Source: Octopus vulgaris (taxonomy: Eukaryota). Taken from it: a DNA stretch of 64,000 nt. Below are positions 25,201-36,600 of this stretch, piece after piece (positions within the stretch are counted from its first letter, which is position 1; every line of letters begins with the position of its first letter). Location of the stretch: the NCBI GenBank assembly GCA_951406725.2, contig OX597840.1, positions 20,336,001-20,400,000 of the forward strand. The letters run 5' to 3'. The notes below the pieces were generated by a model. That model was not told the DNA's origin. It did no database searches and saw only the letters and a list, made by a program, of their open reading frames with translations. The position numbers and the translations under genes are program-made.

Positions 25201-26537
25201 CTGAGGAGGAGGAGAAGAAAGGAAAAACAAAAATTCTTTTATTTCTTGATTTAGGCAAATAGCTGTTGGGGAATATCTGCACTCCACAAATGCGTGTATG
25301 TATGTATATATATATCACCGTGATCACCGTGACCGACCAGGCTATCAGATGTTGCTACACATTGCTGGTCACAATGCGCTTCGCATTGTTTTTAGCCTTC
25401 AAATGATGCCACCCCGCTGGCTAAGTGAGCAGGCCAACAGAAGAAAGAGTGAGAGAAAGTTGCGGCGAAAGAGTAGAGCAAGGTTCGCCACCACCCTCTG
25501 CGGAGCCTCGTGGAGCTTTAGGTGTTTTCGCTCAATAAACACTCACAACGCCCGGTCTGGGAATCGAAACTGCGATCCTACGACCGCGAGTCCGCTGCCC
25601 TAACCACTGGGCCATTGCGCCTCCACATGTATGTATGTGTTTATATGTGTGTCTGTGTGTGTGTGTATATATATATATATGAAAAACAAAGTGAAGTTGT
25701 AAGGTACTGCACGGGTAGAAATATATATGAAAGAAGGTTTGAAAATGCAATTTTAAAGATGTTTGTTCACTTGACCGGTTTCACTTTTTTAGAAAAGGAT
25801 TGTCAAAAGTGTAATGTAATGCTTTGTTGTATTAAGCACTGGTTGTCACAAAAGTATTAAAATACATATATATACTCTTTGATAATAATAAGAAAATGTT
25901 AAAAACAGTTTACAAGGAAATATCTGAGAAAATATTAAACAAAGAGTTCAATAAAAATCATGTTTGGTAGTATATATATACACACAGAAGGAGATATATT
26001 TAGGAGTTTACAAAGAATTTGAGATGAACTGACCTGTTTCAGCATTTTTTATTTTGTGTGAAGTTAAGGGTTGTTTGCTGAGAACAACCCTTAGCTTCAA
26101 CAACAACAAAACAACAGCAAACAACCCTTAGTAATCAAAGGGGTCCATAGATAAAAATGGATGAGAACCCCTGCTTTAGATCATAATTGAAGGGAATTTA
26201 ACAATCACTTGGGATTTAAGGGCATTCAGTTACTCTTTCTAGCAGTCTGATTGACCATATAGGGGCTCCTTTTAATAATCATTATTGTTATTAGTTACTA
26301 TCAAATGAACAATGATTCAGAAAACTCATGATTGAAGTAGTTCCAGACATGACCTTCCTGCCTAGAATTCAAAGAGTATGTTATGCAATGTGTCAATGTG
26401 TATCCTATGTGTTTTTAAGACTTTAGGCTGATATTTGGGGGAAGAGGGGGGATTTTGCTGCTATTTCTAGCAAGTTTAGCAATGAGGAGAAAGAAGATCC
26501 CTCATTAAGCTGGCTAGTTTTAAGGTCCTGATCTTAC

Positions 26538-26649
26538 CTGGGTGTCTGGGCATTGCAGTGGTAGAGGTAGTTGAGAATTGTGTCGTCTTCAAAGAGTTTG
26601 GAAAAACGGTGTTGGAGATCGGAGCGAAACTTCTTCACCAGACCAGGAC
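26538..26649 (-). CDS. ABHD4: ABHD4/5-family hydrolase exon (112 bp)
   Basis: tccgtag|GT CCT...CCC AG|GTAAG, giving (G)PGLVKKFRSDLQHRFSKLFEDDTILNYLYHCNAQTP(S); phase 1 to 2. Confidence 0.95.
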
Positions 26650-27184
26650 CTACGGAAGGAATGAAATTGGGAGGGTCAGAATTATACAAAGACAGATATA
26701 TATATATATATATACATATATAATCAAAATCAAAATCGATCAGCATCAATGGAAATTGTAGCTGTGATACCAGTGCCGGTGGCACATAAGAGAACCAACC
26801 GAACGTGGCTGTTGCCAGCGCTGCCCCGACTGGCCTCCGTGCCGGTAGCATGTAAAAAGCACCATCTGATCGTGGCCGTTGCCAGCCTCGCCTGGCCTCC
26901 GTGCCGGTGGCACGTAAAAAGCACTATCCGATCGTGGCCGTTGCCAGCCTCGCCTGGTACCTGTGCTGGTGGCACGTAAAAAGCACCCACTACACTCATG
27001 GAGTGGTTGGTGTTAGGAAGGGCAACCAGCTGTAGAAACACTGCTAGATCAGACCGGAGCCTGGTGCAGCCTCCTGGCTTCCCGGACCCCGGTCGAACCA
27101 TCCAACCCATGCTAGTATGGAAAGCGGACGCTAAATAATAATGATGATGATGATGATATATAGATAGATAGATATATGTATGTG

Positions 27185-27231
<47 letters not shown>

Positions 27232-27944
27232 TATAGTTCTATTTACAGAAAACAAGAGACAAAGATAGGTAAGGGAACGACAAGCAGGTGTATTAGTTTG
27301 ACGCTCAGGAAGAATGGAAAAGTCTTTGACATTTAGAGCTAATACATCATCATCATCGTTTAACGTCCGCTTTCCATGCTGGCATGGGTTGGACAGTTTG
27401 ACTGAGGACTGGCGAACCAGATGGCTGCACCAGGCTCCAATCTGATCTGGCAAAGTTTCTACAGCTGGATGCTCTTTCTAACACCAACCACTCTGAGAGT
27501 GTAGTGGGTGCTTTTTTACATGCCACACACACACACAAACATACACAGATATATATATATATATATATATAGTCAACAGATGAAATCCAGAGATGCTTAA
27601 TACAAGGTGGAGAGAGACCACAGGGAGGGTGAGAAAGAGGTGGAGAGGGGTGAGACAGGTAGAGAGAGATAAAGAAGGGAGAGACCAGAGAGAAGGTGAG
27701 AGAGGTGGTGTGAGGAGTGAGAGGTGGTGAGAAAGAGAGAGAGGGGCGAGGGCGAGAGGAAGAGAAAGAAGGGAGAGAGAGAAAGTAGGGCAAAAAAGGG
27801 GAAAGAGATGGGAAGACAGAGAGAGAGAAAGGGAGTGGGGGAGAGAGTGGAGGGAGAGAGAGAGAAACAGAGAGGAAGAGAAAAAAGGGAGAGAGAGAGG
27901 GAGAGTGGAAGGAGAGAAAGAAAGGAGAAAGAAGTGTGACTGAC

Positions 27945-28469
27945 CCCAGGGTCCTGCGGCTCTGACCGCGGCAAAAGGGTTGAATGGACGTGCCATAGTA
28001 ATGATGGCTCGTGCCCAGTAGGAGAGGTGTTGCGTCGAAGCATTGCTTGGCTTCTCTGGAAACCCCCAGGGCTCGACAGCGATGAGGTGGTGCACGCGTT
28101 CCGGGTGGCGGATGGCATAGGAGGTGGCTATGAAGGATCCGAGGCTGTGTCCGAGCAGGATGAAGCGGTTGAGGTGCATCTTCTCGCGCCACTCTTCGAT
28201 GGAGTCGACGAACTGACTCTCTGCCTCCGTCGAGTCGCTGCTGAAGCGTGGCCGCGAACTCCGGCCGAAGCCGAGCACATCGAACGCGTATACGGGTCGT
28301 TGTTCTGCAAGAGAGTCGAGGTTGAGCACCCACATGCCGACTCCGCCGCCCATTCCATGAACCATGACCAACGGCATTTTCTCCAGGTGCCGATTCAACA
28401 CAATGGTTCGGATTTGGCATTCGTTGTTCCTGATTGGCACGAACAGGGATTCCATCTTGGTCTTGATAC
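27945..28469 (-). CDS. ABHD4: ABHD4/5-family hydrolase exon (525 bp), hydrolase core
   Basis: cccag|GT ATC...TGG G|GTCAGT, giving IKTKMESLFV...PLVMVHGMGGGVGMWVLNLDSL...FDVLGFGRSSRP...FILLGHSLGSFIATSYAIRHPERVHHLIAVEPWGF...VRAAGPW; GXSXG nucleophile intact; phase 1 to 1. Confidence 0.97.
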
Positions 28470-28788
28470 CTGGGCAGAGAAGAGGGAGAAAATATAACAA
28501 TAGAGAGAATGATAGACTTACCTGTTAGTTGAATCACAGGTGTAAAATATAAGATAAAAAATATAACGATGATTAAGTAATGTGCAACATTTTTTTTCTA
28601 ATTTATATATATAGGCGCAGGAGTGGCTGTGTGGTAAGTAGCTTGCTTACCAACCACATGGTTCCGGGTTCAGTCCCACTGTGTGGCACCTTGGGCAAGT
28701 GTCTTCTGCTATAGCCTCGGGCCGACCAAAGTCTTGTGAGTGGATTTGGTAGATGGAAACTGAAAGAAGCCCATCGTACATATGTATG

Positions 28789-28827
<39 letters not shown>

Positions 28828-29144
28828 ATGTGTTTGTGTATCTGTGTTTGTTCCCCTAGCATTGCTTGACAACCGGTGCTGGTGTGTTTACGTCCCCGTA
28901 ACTTAGCGGTTCGGCAAAAGAGACCGATAGAATAAGTACTGGGTTTATAAAAGAATAAGTCCCGGGGTCGAGTTGCTCGACTAAAGGCGGTGCTCCAGCA
29001 TGGCTGCAGTCAAATGACTGAAACAAGTAAAAGAGTAAAAGAGTAAAAGAGTAAAGAGTAATATGTATTATATTTTGTGAAATTTGATTTAGTATTTCTA
29101 AATTGAATTTTTCCCTGTAAGTTTGGAATAATATTCCCTCATAT

Positions 29145-29223
<79 letters not shown>

Positions 29224-29944
29224 AGCAAGCAGTTGTGCATAAAGGCAAGTCTGCATGTGCATGCATGCAAGCAATGGTGTGTACATGTGGTCAATTGTAT
29301 GTTTATGTGTGCATGGAGGCAATTATGCATAGGTACTTGCAGGCAGTTGTGCATGTTTAGCTAATTTCTGTGAATGTGCATATGGATAGTTGCACATGGA
29401 TGCATGCAGGCAGAATTGTGTGTGTGCATGCAAACTGTTGTGTGTTTGAATGTAGGTATCCATGTGTGCATGTAGGCAAGCCTGTGTATTCATGTAGGCA
29501 GTTGGGTGTGTGTGTGTGCATGTAGGCAAGCAATTTCACATGTACATATGCATGCAAGTCAAACATATGCACATACATGCAAGTTGCTGTGTACATGTAG
29601 GAATTTGTACATGTATGTAGGTATATCTCTGTGTATGCATGTAGGTTGTTGCATATGGATGCATGTCTGCAGAATTGCGTATGCATGGGTGCATGCAAAC
29701 TGTAGAGTGTTTTCATGTAGGTATTTACACATGTGTGCATGCTGGTAAGTGCATATTCATGCAGGCAGTCGTGCATGAATGCATGTAGGAAGGTTTGTGT
29801 TTTTTCATGTAGGAAAATCTGTGTGTGTGGGCAAGAAAGCACTTGTACCTGTGTGTGCATGCAGCAGTAGTACATGTGTACATGTAGGCAAATCTGCATG
29901 TGCATATGCAATCAAGCAGTCATACTTGTGTGCAGGTGTGTATA

Positions 29945-30520
29945 AGGAGGTGCCGCAAAGATCCTGGCTTTAAGGGTTTTGCAAAGGGCCTGGTTGGAGG
30001 CTCAACCTTCTTAATTCTTTTACAGGGCTTAGAAAAGCTGAAGGACCCCTGCAATAAGTGTGGGAATCTGAGAGGGGAATATCTCTCTATAAAGCTGAAG
30101 TTGTCTGTGTATGGCAGGTTCGGTAGCCTTCAACTAACACTATCTCCTCCGAGACCCTGCCGCGCAAGTTGACCAAGATTGAGAGTATGATAGAAGAAGG
30201 CTTGCTCTTCCTTCCGTAGAAGAAAAAATTCAAATCGGACCATGTTAACACCAAAAATTATTTACATCAAAAAGGTGCTTTTTTTTCTATGAAAATCCCT
30301 ATTTTTTACGACTTTTTGACTACTGTGTCGTCATTTTTTGGTGTATTTCAACGAGAAAAATGTTCACTTAAAGAGAATATAACAATTCCAATTCTAAAGG
30401 GTCGAAACAAACCCAAGCAACGCCGGGCGATACAGCTAGTGTTAAATAAAATCATAATTAACTGATCTTTCTATATTTTCTTTTACAAAAAAGCCAGGAA
30501 CTTTTCAGCCTTACCCCCTC
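29945..30520 (+). mobile_element. Mariner-derived MITE hosting a Helitron
   Basis: TIR-like GAGGTGCCGCAAAGATCCTGGCTT ... AAAGCCAGGAACTTTTCAGC; the transposase tail KCGNLRGEY|VK* is rejoined on removing 30082-30439. Confidence 0.6.
30082..30439 (+). mobile_element. Non-autonomous Helitron
   Basis: A|TC start; 3' end CCCAAGCAACGCCGGG hairpin-like segment, then CAGCTAG|T. Inserted at an AT site with no TSD, and the 3' end is shared with 37396-38105. Confidence 0.8.
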
Positions 30521-30608
30521 GCATCTGCATGCAAGGAGTTGTGCATGTGTGCAAGCAGGAAGGGCTGCGTGTTTATGTCAGTGCACCTTAAAACCATTTT
30601 CCACTTAC

Positions 30609-30694
30609 ATTGGAAGATCTTGTGTTCAATTCCTGACAGCTGCATCTTCGATGTTGGCCTCCAGTTAAACCAAGTATTCTGTTCGCAACGCTCG
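30609..30694 (-). CDS. ABHD4: ABHD4/5-family hydrolase exon (86 bp)
   Basis: ctttccag|C GAG...CAA T|GTAAGT, giving ERCEQNTWFNWRPTSKMQLSGIEHKIFQ(C), which matches ABHD4 WRPTSMSQLKNVEARILQC; phase 2 to 1. Confidence 0.93.
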
Positions 30695-30750
30695 CTGGAA
30701 AGAGAAGACGAAGGAAATCAGAGTGAAAGAAAGAAAGAAGGAAAAACAAA

Positions 30751-30803
<53 letters not shown>

Positions 30804-32315
30804 GGAGAGGGGGAGAGGGTGAAACAAAGAGGAAGAGAAAAGGTTAAAAGAAATAAAGAGAGTAAGCTGGAGGGAGGAAAAGGGTAGCTTTGTGCATGTG
30901 TGGATATATGTGTGTGTGTGTGTGTGTGTGCATTTGTGTGTGTGTGAGTGTGTGTGTGCATTTGTGTGTGTGTGTGTGTGCGTGCATTTGTGTGTGTGTG
31001 CATTTGTGTGTGTGTGCATTTGTGTGCATTTATGTGTGTGTGTGTGTATTTATGCGTGTGTGTGTGTCTGTGTATGCATCTGTGTGTGTGCATTTGTGTG
31101 TTTGTGTGTGTGTGTGTGCATTTGTGTGTGTGTGTGCGTTTATGCGTGTGTGTGTGTGCATTTGTGTGCGTGTGCATTTATGTGTGTATGTGCATTTATG
31201 CGTGTGTGTGCCTGTGTGTGCGTTTGTGTGTGTGTGGCTTTTTCTGTTGCTAGCTGAGTTGGGAATCTCAGAGTAACCCCTAAACACCTTCAGTTGACCC
31301 TGAGGGAATCATTCCCAGGGTTGCCACTTGGATAATTTCCAAAATGTTGTGGAGGAGATAAGAGAGAAATCATTTTCGGAATGCAGAAAACTATTCTATA
31401 TTGTTTTCTACTCTAGGCACAAACACTGAAATTTTTGGCGAGGTGGTGGGTGGGTGGTCAATTAGATCAACCTCAGTACGCAACTGGTACTTAATTTATC
31501 GACCCCCTCCCCAAAGGATGAAAGGCAAAAGTCAACCGCGGCAGAATTTGAACTCAGAACGTGAGAAAACTATTCTATATTACAGATAATAAATTACACA
31601 GCAACATCACCAGCGTGGCTGTGTGGTAAGAAGAGAGAGAGAGAGGGGGAGCGAGAGAGAGAGGGAGAGAGGGAGAGAGAGGGGGGAGCGAGAGAGAGAG
31701 GGAGAGAGGGAGAGTGAGAGAGAGAGAGACAGAGAGAGAGACAGAGAGAGAGAGAGGAGAGAGAGAGAAAGAGAGAGAGAGGGAGCGAGAGAGATAGGGA
31801 GAGAGAGAGAGGGAGATAGAGAGAGGGAGTGAGAGAGAGAGAGTGAGAGAGAGAGAGGAGAGAGAGAGAGAGAGGAGTGAGAGAGACAGAGTGAGAGAGA
31901 GAGAGAGAGAGAGAAAAGCAAAAGAGACAGGACTGGAGATACTGAAAGAAAGGAGGCAGAAGAGGACTCTCTAAGCTATGAGATGATCCAGGATTACTTG
32001 AAAACAATTTGAATAAATAAGGATTACGTTTGAGAGAGCAATCTGAATATTGAAGGATTAAACAGAACATTCGTGTCCATAACCTCCACCAGTCTTGGCG
32101 AAGGTACAAGGGTCATGCACTCTGACCTTCCCCACAGAATCATCATGTAAAAATGAATTGTGTGTGTGTGTGTCTGTGTTTGTCCCCCTGTCACTGTTTG
32201 ACAACTGGTTTTGGTGTGTTTCTATCCCCCGTAACTTAGCAGTTCAGCAAAAAGAGACCAATAGAATAAGTACAAGGCTTGAAAGGAAAAAAAGAAAACA
32301 AACATTCTGGAGTTG

Positions 32316-33445
32316 ATTCATTTGACTAAAAAAATTATTCAAGGCAGTGCCCCAGCATGGCCGCGGTCGGTCTAATGACCGAAACAAGTAAAAGATAAAA
32401 AAAACAAACAAAAGATGTGAAGGAAGAACGTAGTCATAGCGGAAATTAATTCCAGAGGGAGCGTTGTTAATTTGGGGGAAGAAGGATTGGATTAAAATTA
32501 ACGAAACGACAACTGATTAGTAGATAACACGGGGAGTAATACAAGGTAATAGGGGGATGCAAAAGTGGGGGCAAGCAGGCGTTTCATGCCAAGGGGACCG
32601 AGGAATGATTCATTTGACTAAAAATTATTCAAGGCAGTGCCCCAGCATGGCCACGGTCTAACGACCGAAACAAATAAAAGATAAAAAAACAAACAAAAGA
32701 TGTGAAGGAAGAACATGGTCATGGCAGGAATTAATTCCAGAGGGAGCGTTGTTAATTTGGGGGAAGAAGGATTGGATTAAAATTTACGAAACGGTAACTG
32801 ATTAGTAGATAACACGGGGAGTAATACAAGGTAATAGGGGGATGCAAAAGTGGGGGCAAGCAGGCGTTTCATTCCAAAGGGGACCAAGGAATGATTCATT
32901 TGACTAAAAATTATTCAAGGCAGTGCCCCAGCATGGCCACGGTCTAACGACCGAAACAAATAAAAGATAAAAAAACAAACAAAAGATGTGAAGGAAGAAC
33001 ATGGTCATGGCAGGAATTAATTCCAGAGGGAGCGTTGTTAATTTGGGGGAAGAAGGATTGGATTAAAATTTACGAAACGGTAACTGATTAGTAGATAACA
33101 CGGGGAGTAATACAAGGTAATAGGGGGATGCAAAAGTGGGGGCAAGCAGGCGTTTCATTCCAAAGGGGACCAAGGAATGATTCATTTGACTAAAAATTAT
33201 TCAAGGCAGTGCCCCAGCATGGCCACGGTCTAACGACCGAAACAAGTAAAAGATAAAAAGACAAACAAAACACGGTCATGGTGGGAATTAATTCCAGAGG
33301 AAGCGTTGTTAATTTGGGGGAAGAAGGACTGGATTAAAATTAACGAAACGAAAACTGATTAGTAGATAACACGGGGAGTAATACAATGTAATAGGGGGAT
33401 GCAAAAGTGGGGGCAAGCAGGCGTTTCATGCCAAGGGGACCGAGG
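32316..33445. repeat. ~286-bp tandem repeat, 4 copies (SINE-A 3' end plus flank)
   Basis: ATTCATTTGACTAAAAATTATTCAAGGCAGTGCCCCAGCATGGCC at 32316, 32608, 32894 and 33180. Confidence 0.92.
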
Positions 33446-33514
33446 AAAAGGGTATAAAAATGCATGAAGAATGTATAGAGATATATTGATATGGGTATAG
33501 AATGTTGAACAAAC

Positions 33515-33649
33515 CTGAGCCAAACAATAAAGGAATTCCAGTAGGATGTTAGAAGGACGGTCAAATAGTTAATGACGAGGCTGGATAATGAATGAACGTT
33601 GAGGCTCCCGGGAGGTTTGCTCCGGCCAACAGACACGGCTTGGACATTT
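33515..33649 (-). CDS. Putative upstream coding exon of the ABHD4/5 gene (135 bp, hydrophobic)
   Basis: ttttccag|A AAT...CTC AG|GTTTGT; open, phase 2 to 2, joins in frame to the 86-bp exon: NVQAVSVGRSKPPGSLNVHSLSSLVINYLTVLLTSYWNSFIVWL(S). No recognised homology. Confidence 0.55.
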
Positions 33650-33821
33650 CTGGAAAATAGTCAGTGATCTTGGCATTTTTTTCTTTTTTTTGCATTTATT
33701 TGTATTGTTTTTATTTTGCTCTTTTGTTTTTTACTTGGGTGTGTTTGCATGTGTATGTGTGTGTCATGGGAGTTATGTATGTATATGACATACATGCACA
33801 AATATATTATATATATATATA

Positions 33822-34197
33822 TATATGAATAAATGAAAGAATGGAGTCGAACGAAGATGTTAACAAAATTCCTTTACTCTCGACACATGTTTCGAAGACA
33901 GCAGGCTCCCTTTCTTTCCTGATGAGAAGATTGTATAATGCACCCTTTATTCCTTTGGAATGAAAATATGCTGTCTTCGAAACATGTGTCGAGAGTAAAG
34001 GAATTTTGTTAACATCTTCGTTCGACTCCATTCTTTCATTTATTCATATACAACACACAAATTTCTACACATGAACCCGGAGTTTCTACCCTTGACAGGT
34101 CGCTTCAACCGTGTTTGCTGACGTGAATTTGCTACCCAGGTTTCGGTTAAAAGAATTTTCCATGCTGACGATAAACATAGGATAATTCATTCACCTA

Positions 34198-34200
<3 letters not shown>
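33822..34200 (+). mobile_element. (TA)n-embedded Penelope-like foldback element
   Basis: Perfect 82-bp inverted repeat (33822-33903 / 33969-34050) with a 65-bp spacer, then a ~150-bp unique tail; TA tracts on both sides. Confidence 0.75.
33909..34001 (+). ncRNA. Type I hammerhead ribozyme (canonical core)
   Basis: Stem I CCTTTCTTTC / GAGAG(T)AAAGG; core CTGATGA at 33919-33925; stem II GAAGATTGTATA / TATGCTGTCTTC (11 of 12 paired); GAAAC-ATGT-GTC, with predicted cleavage after C33990. Confidence 0.8.
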
Positions 34201-34234
<34 letters not shown>

Positions 34235-34441
34235 CTATAGGGATGGTATTATTAAAATACCATCACAAGTGGTAAGCGAATTATTAGCCATACAGGCAAA
34301 TTAATAAAATATATACATACAATATTAGATATGTACATATATACAGAAGGGTACTACATGAGTACCTATATAGCTAATTATAGAAGTCAAAAAATACTTC
34401 TGTACCACCGAATAGTCACAAATCTATTACAGACAAGATAG

Positions 34442-34494
<53 letters not shown>

Positions 34495-34605
34495 GATATG
34501 TGCATGTGTTTTATATATAAATGCATATATATGATGAATATATACATACATATATTATAAATATATATATACATATATATGTATATATACATATATATAT
34601 ATATG

Positions 34606-34729
<124 letters not shown>

Positions 34730-34754
34730 GTATGTATATATATATATATATATA

Positions 34755-36440
34755 TAGGAGAATGTGTTGTTGAGAATGCACTTCAATTTCAAAATCTCAT
34801 AAATGTTTCAAATACATTTATTTACCAAACTAGTTTCAACAATATTTTTTGTTTATCAATGGTAAGTGAGCTTTTGCCAACCTTGTCATGGCATACTTGG
34901 AAGTTCAAATATACGAACACACTAGACTGAAATTTGGGGGGAAACTTCCAATAATACTTACTTACTATGGCGCAGGAGTGGCTGTGTGGTAAGTAGCTTG
35001 TTTACCAACCACATGGTTCCCGGTTCAGTCCCACTGCGTGGCACCTTGGACAAGTGTCTTCTACTATAGCCTCGGGCCAACCAAAGCCTTGTGAGTGGAT
35101 TTGGTAGACGGAAACTGAAAGAAGCCTGTCGTATATATGTATACATATATATATATGTATGTGCATGTGTTTGTGTGTCTGTGTTTGTCCCCGTAGCATT
35201 GCCTGACAACCGATACTGGTGTGTTTATGTCCCCGTTACTTAGCAGTTCGGCAAAAGAGACCGATAGAATAAGTACTGGGCTTACAAAGAATAAGTCCCG
35301 GGGTCGATTTGCTCGACTAAAAGGCGGTGCTCCAGCATGGCCGCAGTCAAATGACTGAAACAAGTAAAAGAGTAAAAGAGAGAAAGAGTAAAGAGTCTAA
35401 TCAAAAATGGAACGGAATGTGCAAAAATGATGGCCATCCAAGAGTTACGGAAAACGAGAAAACACCATGACACACATAAAACTCTGTCTTGCGTCATCAT
35501 CCACCAAAACATACCCATCCTTATGAAGGACCCACGAATGAAAAAGGCACAAGGAACACATAGGATTATTAAAAGCAAGAGTCAACCACAATCTCTAAAA
35601 AAATTACTCACCAGTGCCAAATTACCCACCAAAAATACATCTTTCCCTAAACGTACCATTACAAGTGAAAGTGACTCTTTAAAGAAGATCTGAGAAATCA
35701 CAAATCAAATTTCCTTTTTTTACTCTTTTACTTGTTTCAGCCAGTTGACTGTGGCCATGCTGGAGCACCGCCTTCTAGTCGAGTAAATCGACCCCAGGAC
35801 TTATTCTTTGTAAGTCTAGTATTTATTCTATTACGGCGACGTAAACACACCACCATCGGTTGTCAAGCGATGCTAAGGGGACAAACACAGACACACAAAC
35901 ATATACATACATACACACATATATATACATATATACGACGGGCTTCTTCCAGTTTCCGTCTACCAAATCCACTCACAGGGCATTGTTCGGCCCGAGGCTA
36001 TAGTTGAAGACACTTGCCCAAGGTGCCACGCAGTGGGAATGAACCCGGAGCCATGTGGTTGGTAAGCAAGCTACTTACCACACAGCCACTCCTGCGCCTA
36101 TTTTAATTACTATTTTAATTCTCACACTTGTTTTTTTTTTTCAGTATGACTTGACGACCACCACTGAAATTAACGAACCTTGTACATTCTAACAAATTAA
36201 TATACAGTTTTAATTTCAAACTTACACCTTCTGTTTTGAACATGATAATTTATCAAGATTCAAACATTTTGATTTGTCAACATTGAAACTTATAACGATG
36301 TTTTTCTAATTTTACACTTTTACCATTGATAAACAAAAAATATTGTTGAAACTAGTTTGGTATATATGTAAATAAGTGTATTTTAAACATTTACAAGCTT
36401 TTGAAATTTAAGTGCATTTTCAACAACACATTTTCCTATA
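34755..36440 (+). mobile_element. Deleted Penelope-like retroelement with inverted pseudo-LTRs, invaded by two SINE-A copies
   Basis: Inverted termini of ~110 bp (34755-34865 / 36320-36440). The internal ORF remnant 35427-35693, IIHQNIPILMKDPRMKK...IIKSKSQPQSLKKLLTSAKL, resembles the PLE RT-to-GIY-YIG linker. Each terminus has a minimal hammerhead-like motif. Confidence 0.7.
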
Positions 36441-36519
36441 TTTCTTACCTGCGTGGAAACACCTCTCCCTCTTTTGCTATATATATGTGTGTGTGTGTGT
36501 GTGTGTGAGTGTGTGTATG

Positions 36520-36594
<75 letters not shown>

Positions 36595-36600
<6 letters not shown>

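Noticed and set aside
27353-28537. 394-aa and 340-aa minus-strand ORFs as single-exon genes
   Set aside because: Only 27945-28469, in the frame of the 340-aa ORF, is exon. The rest is read-through into a CT-rich intron, and the 394-aa ORF is an alternative frame.
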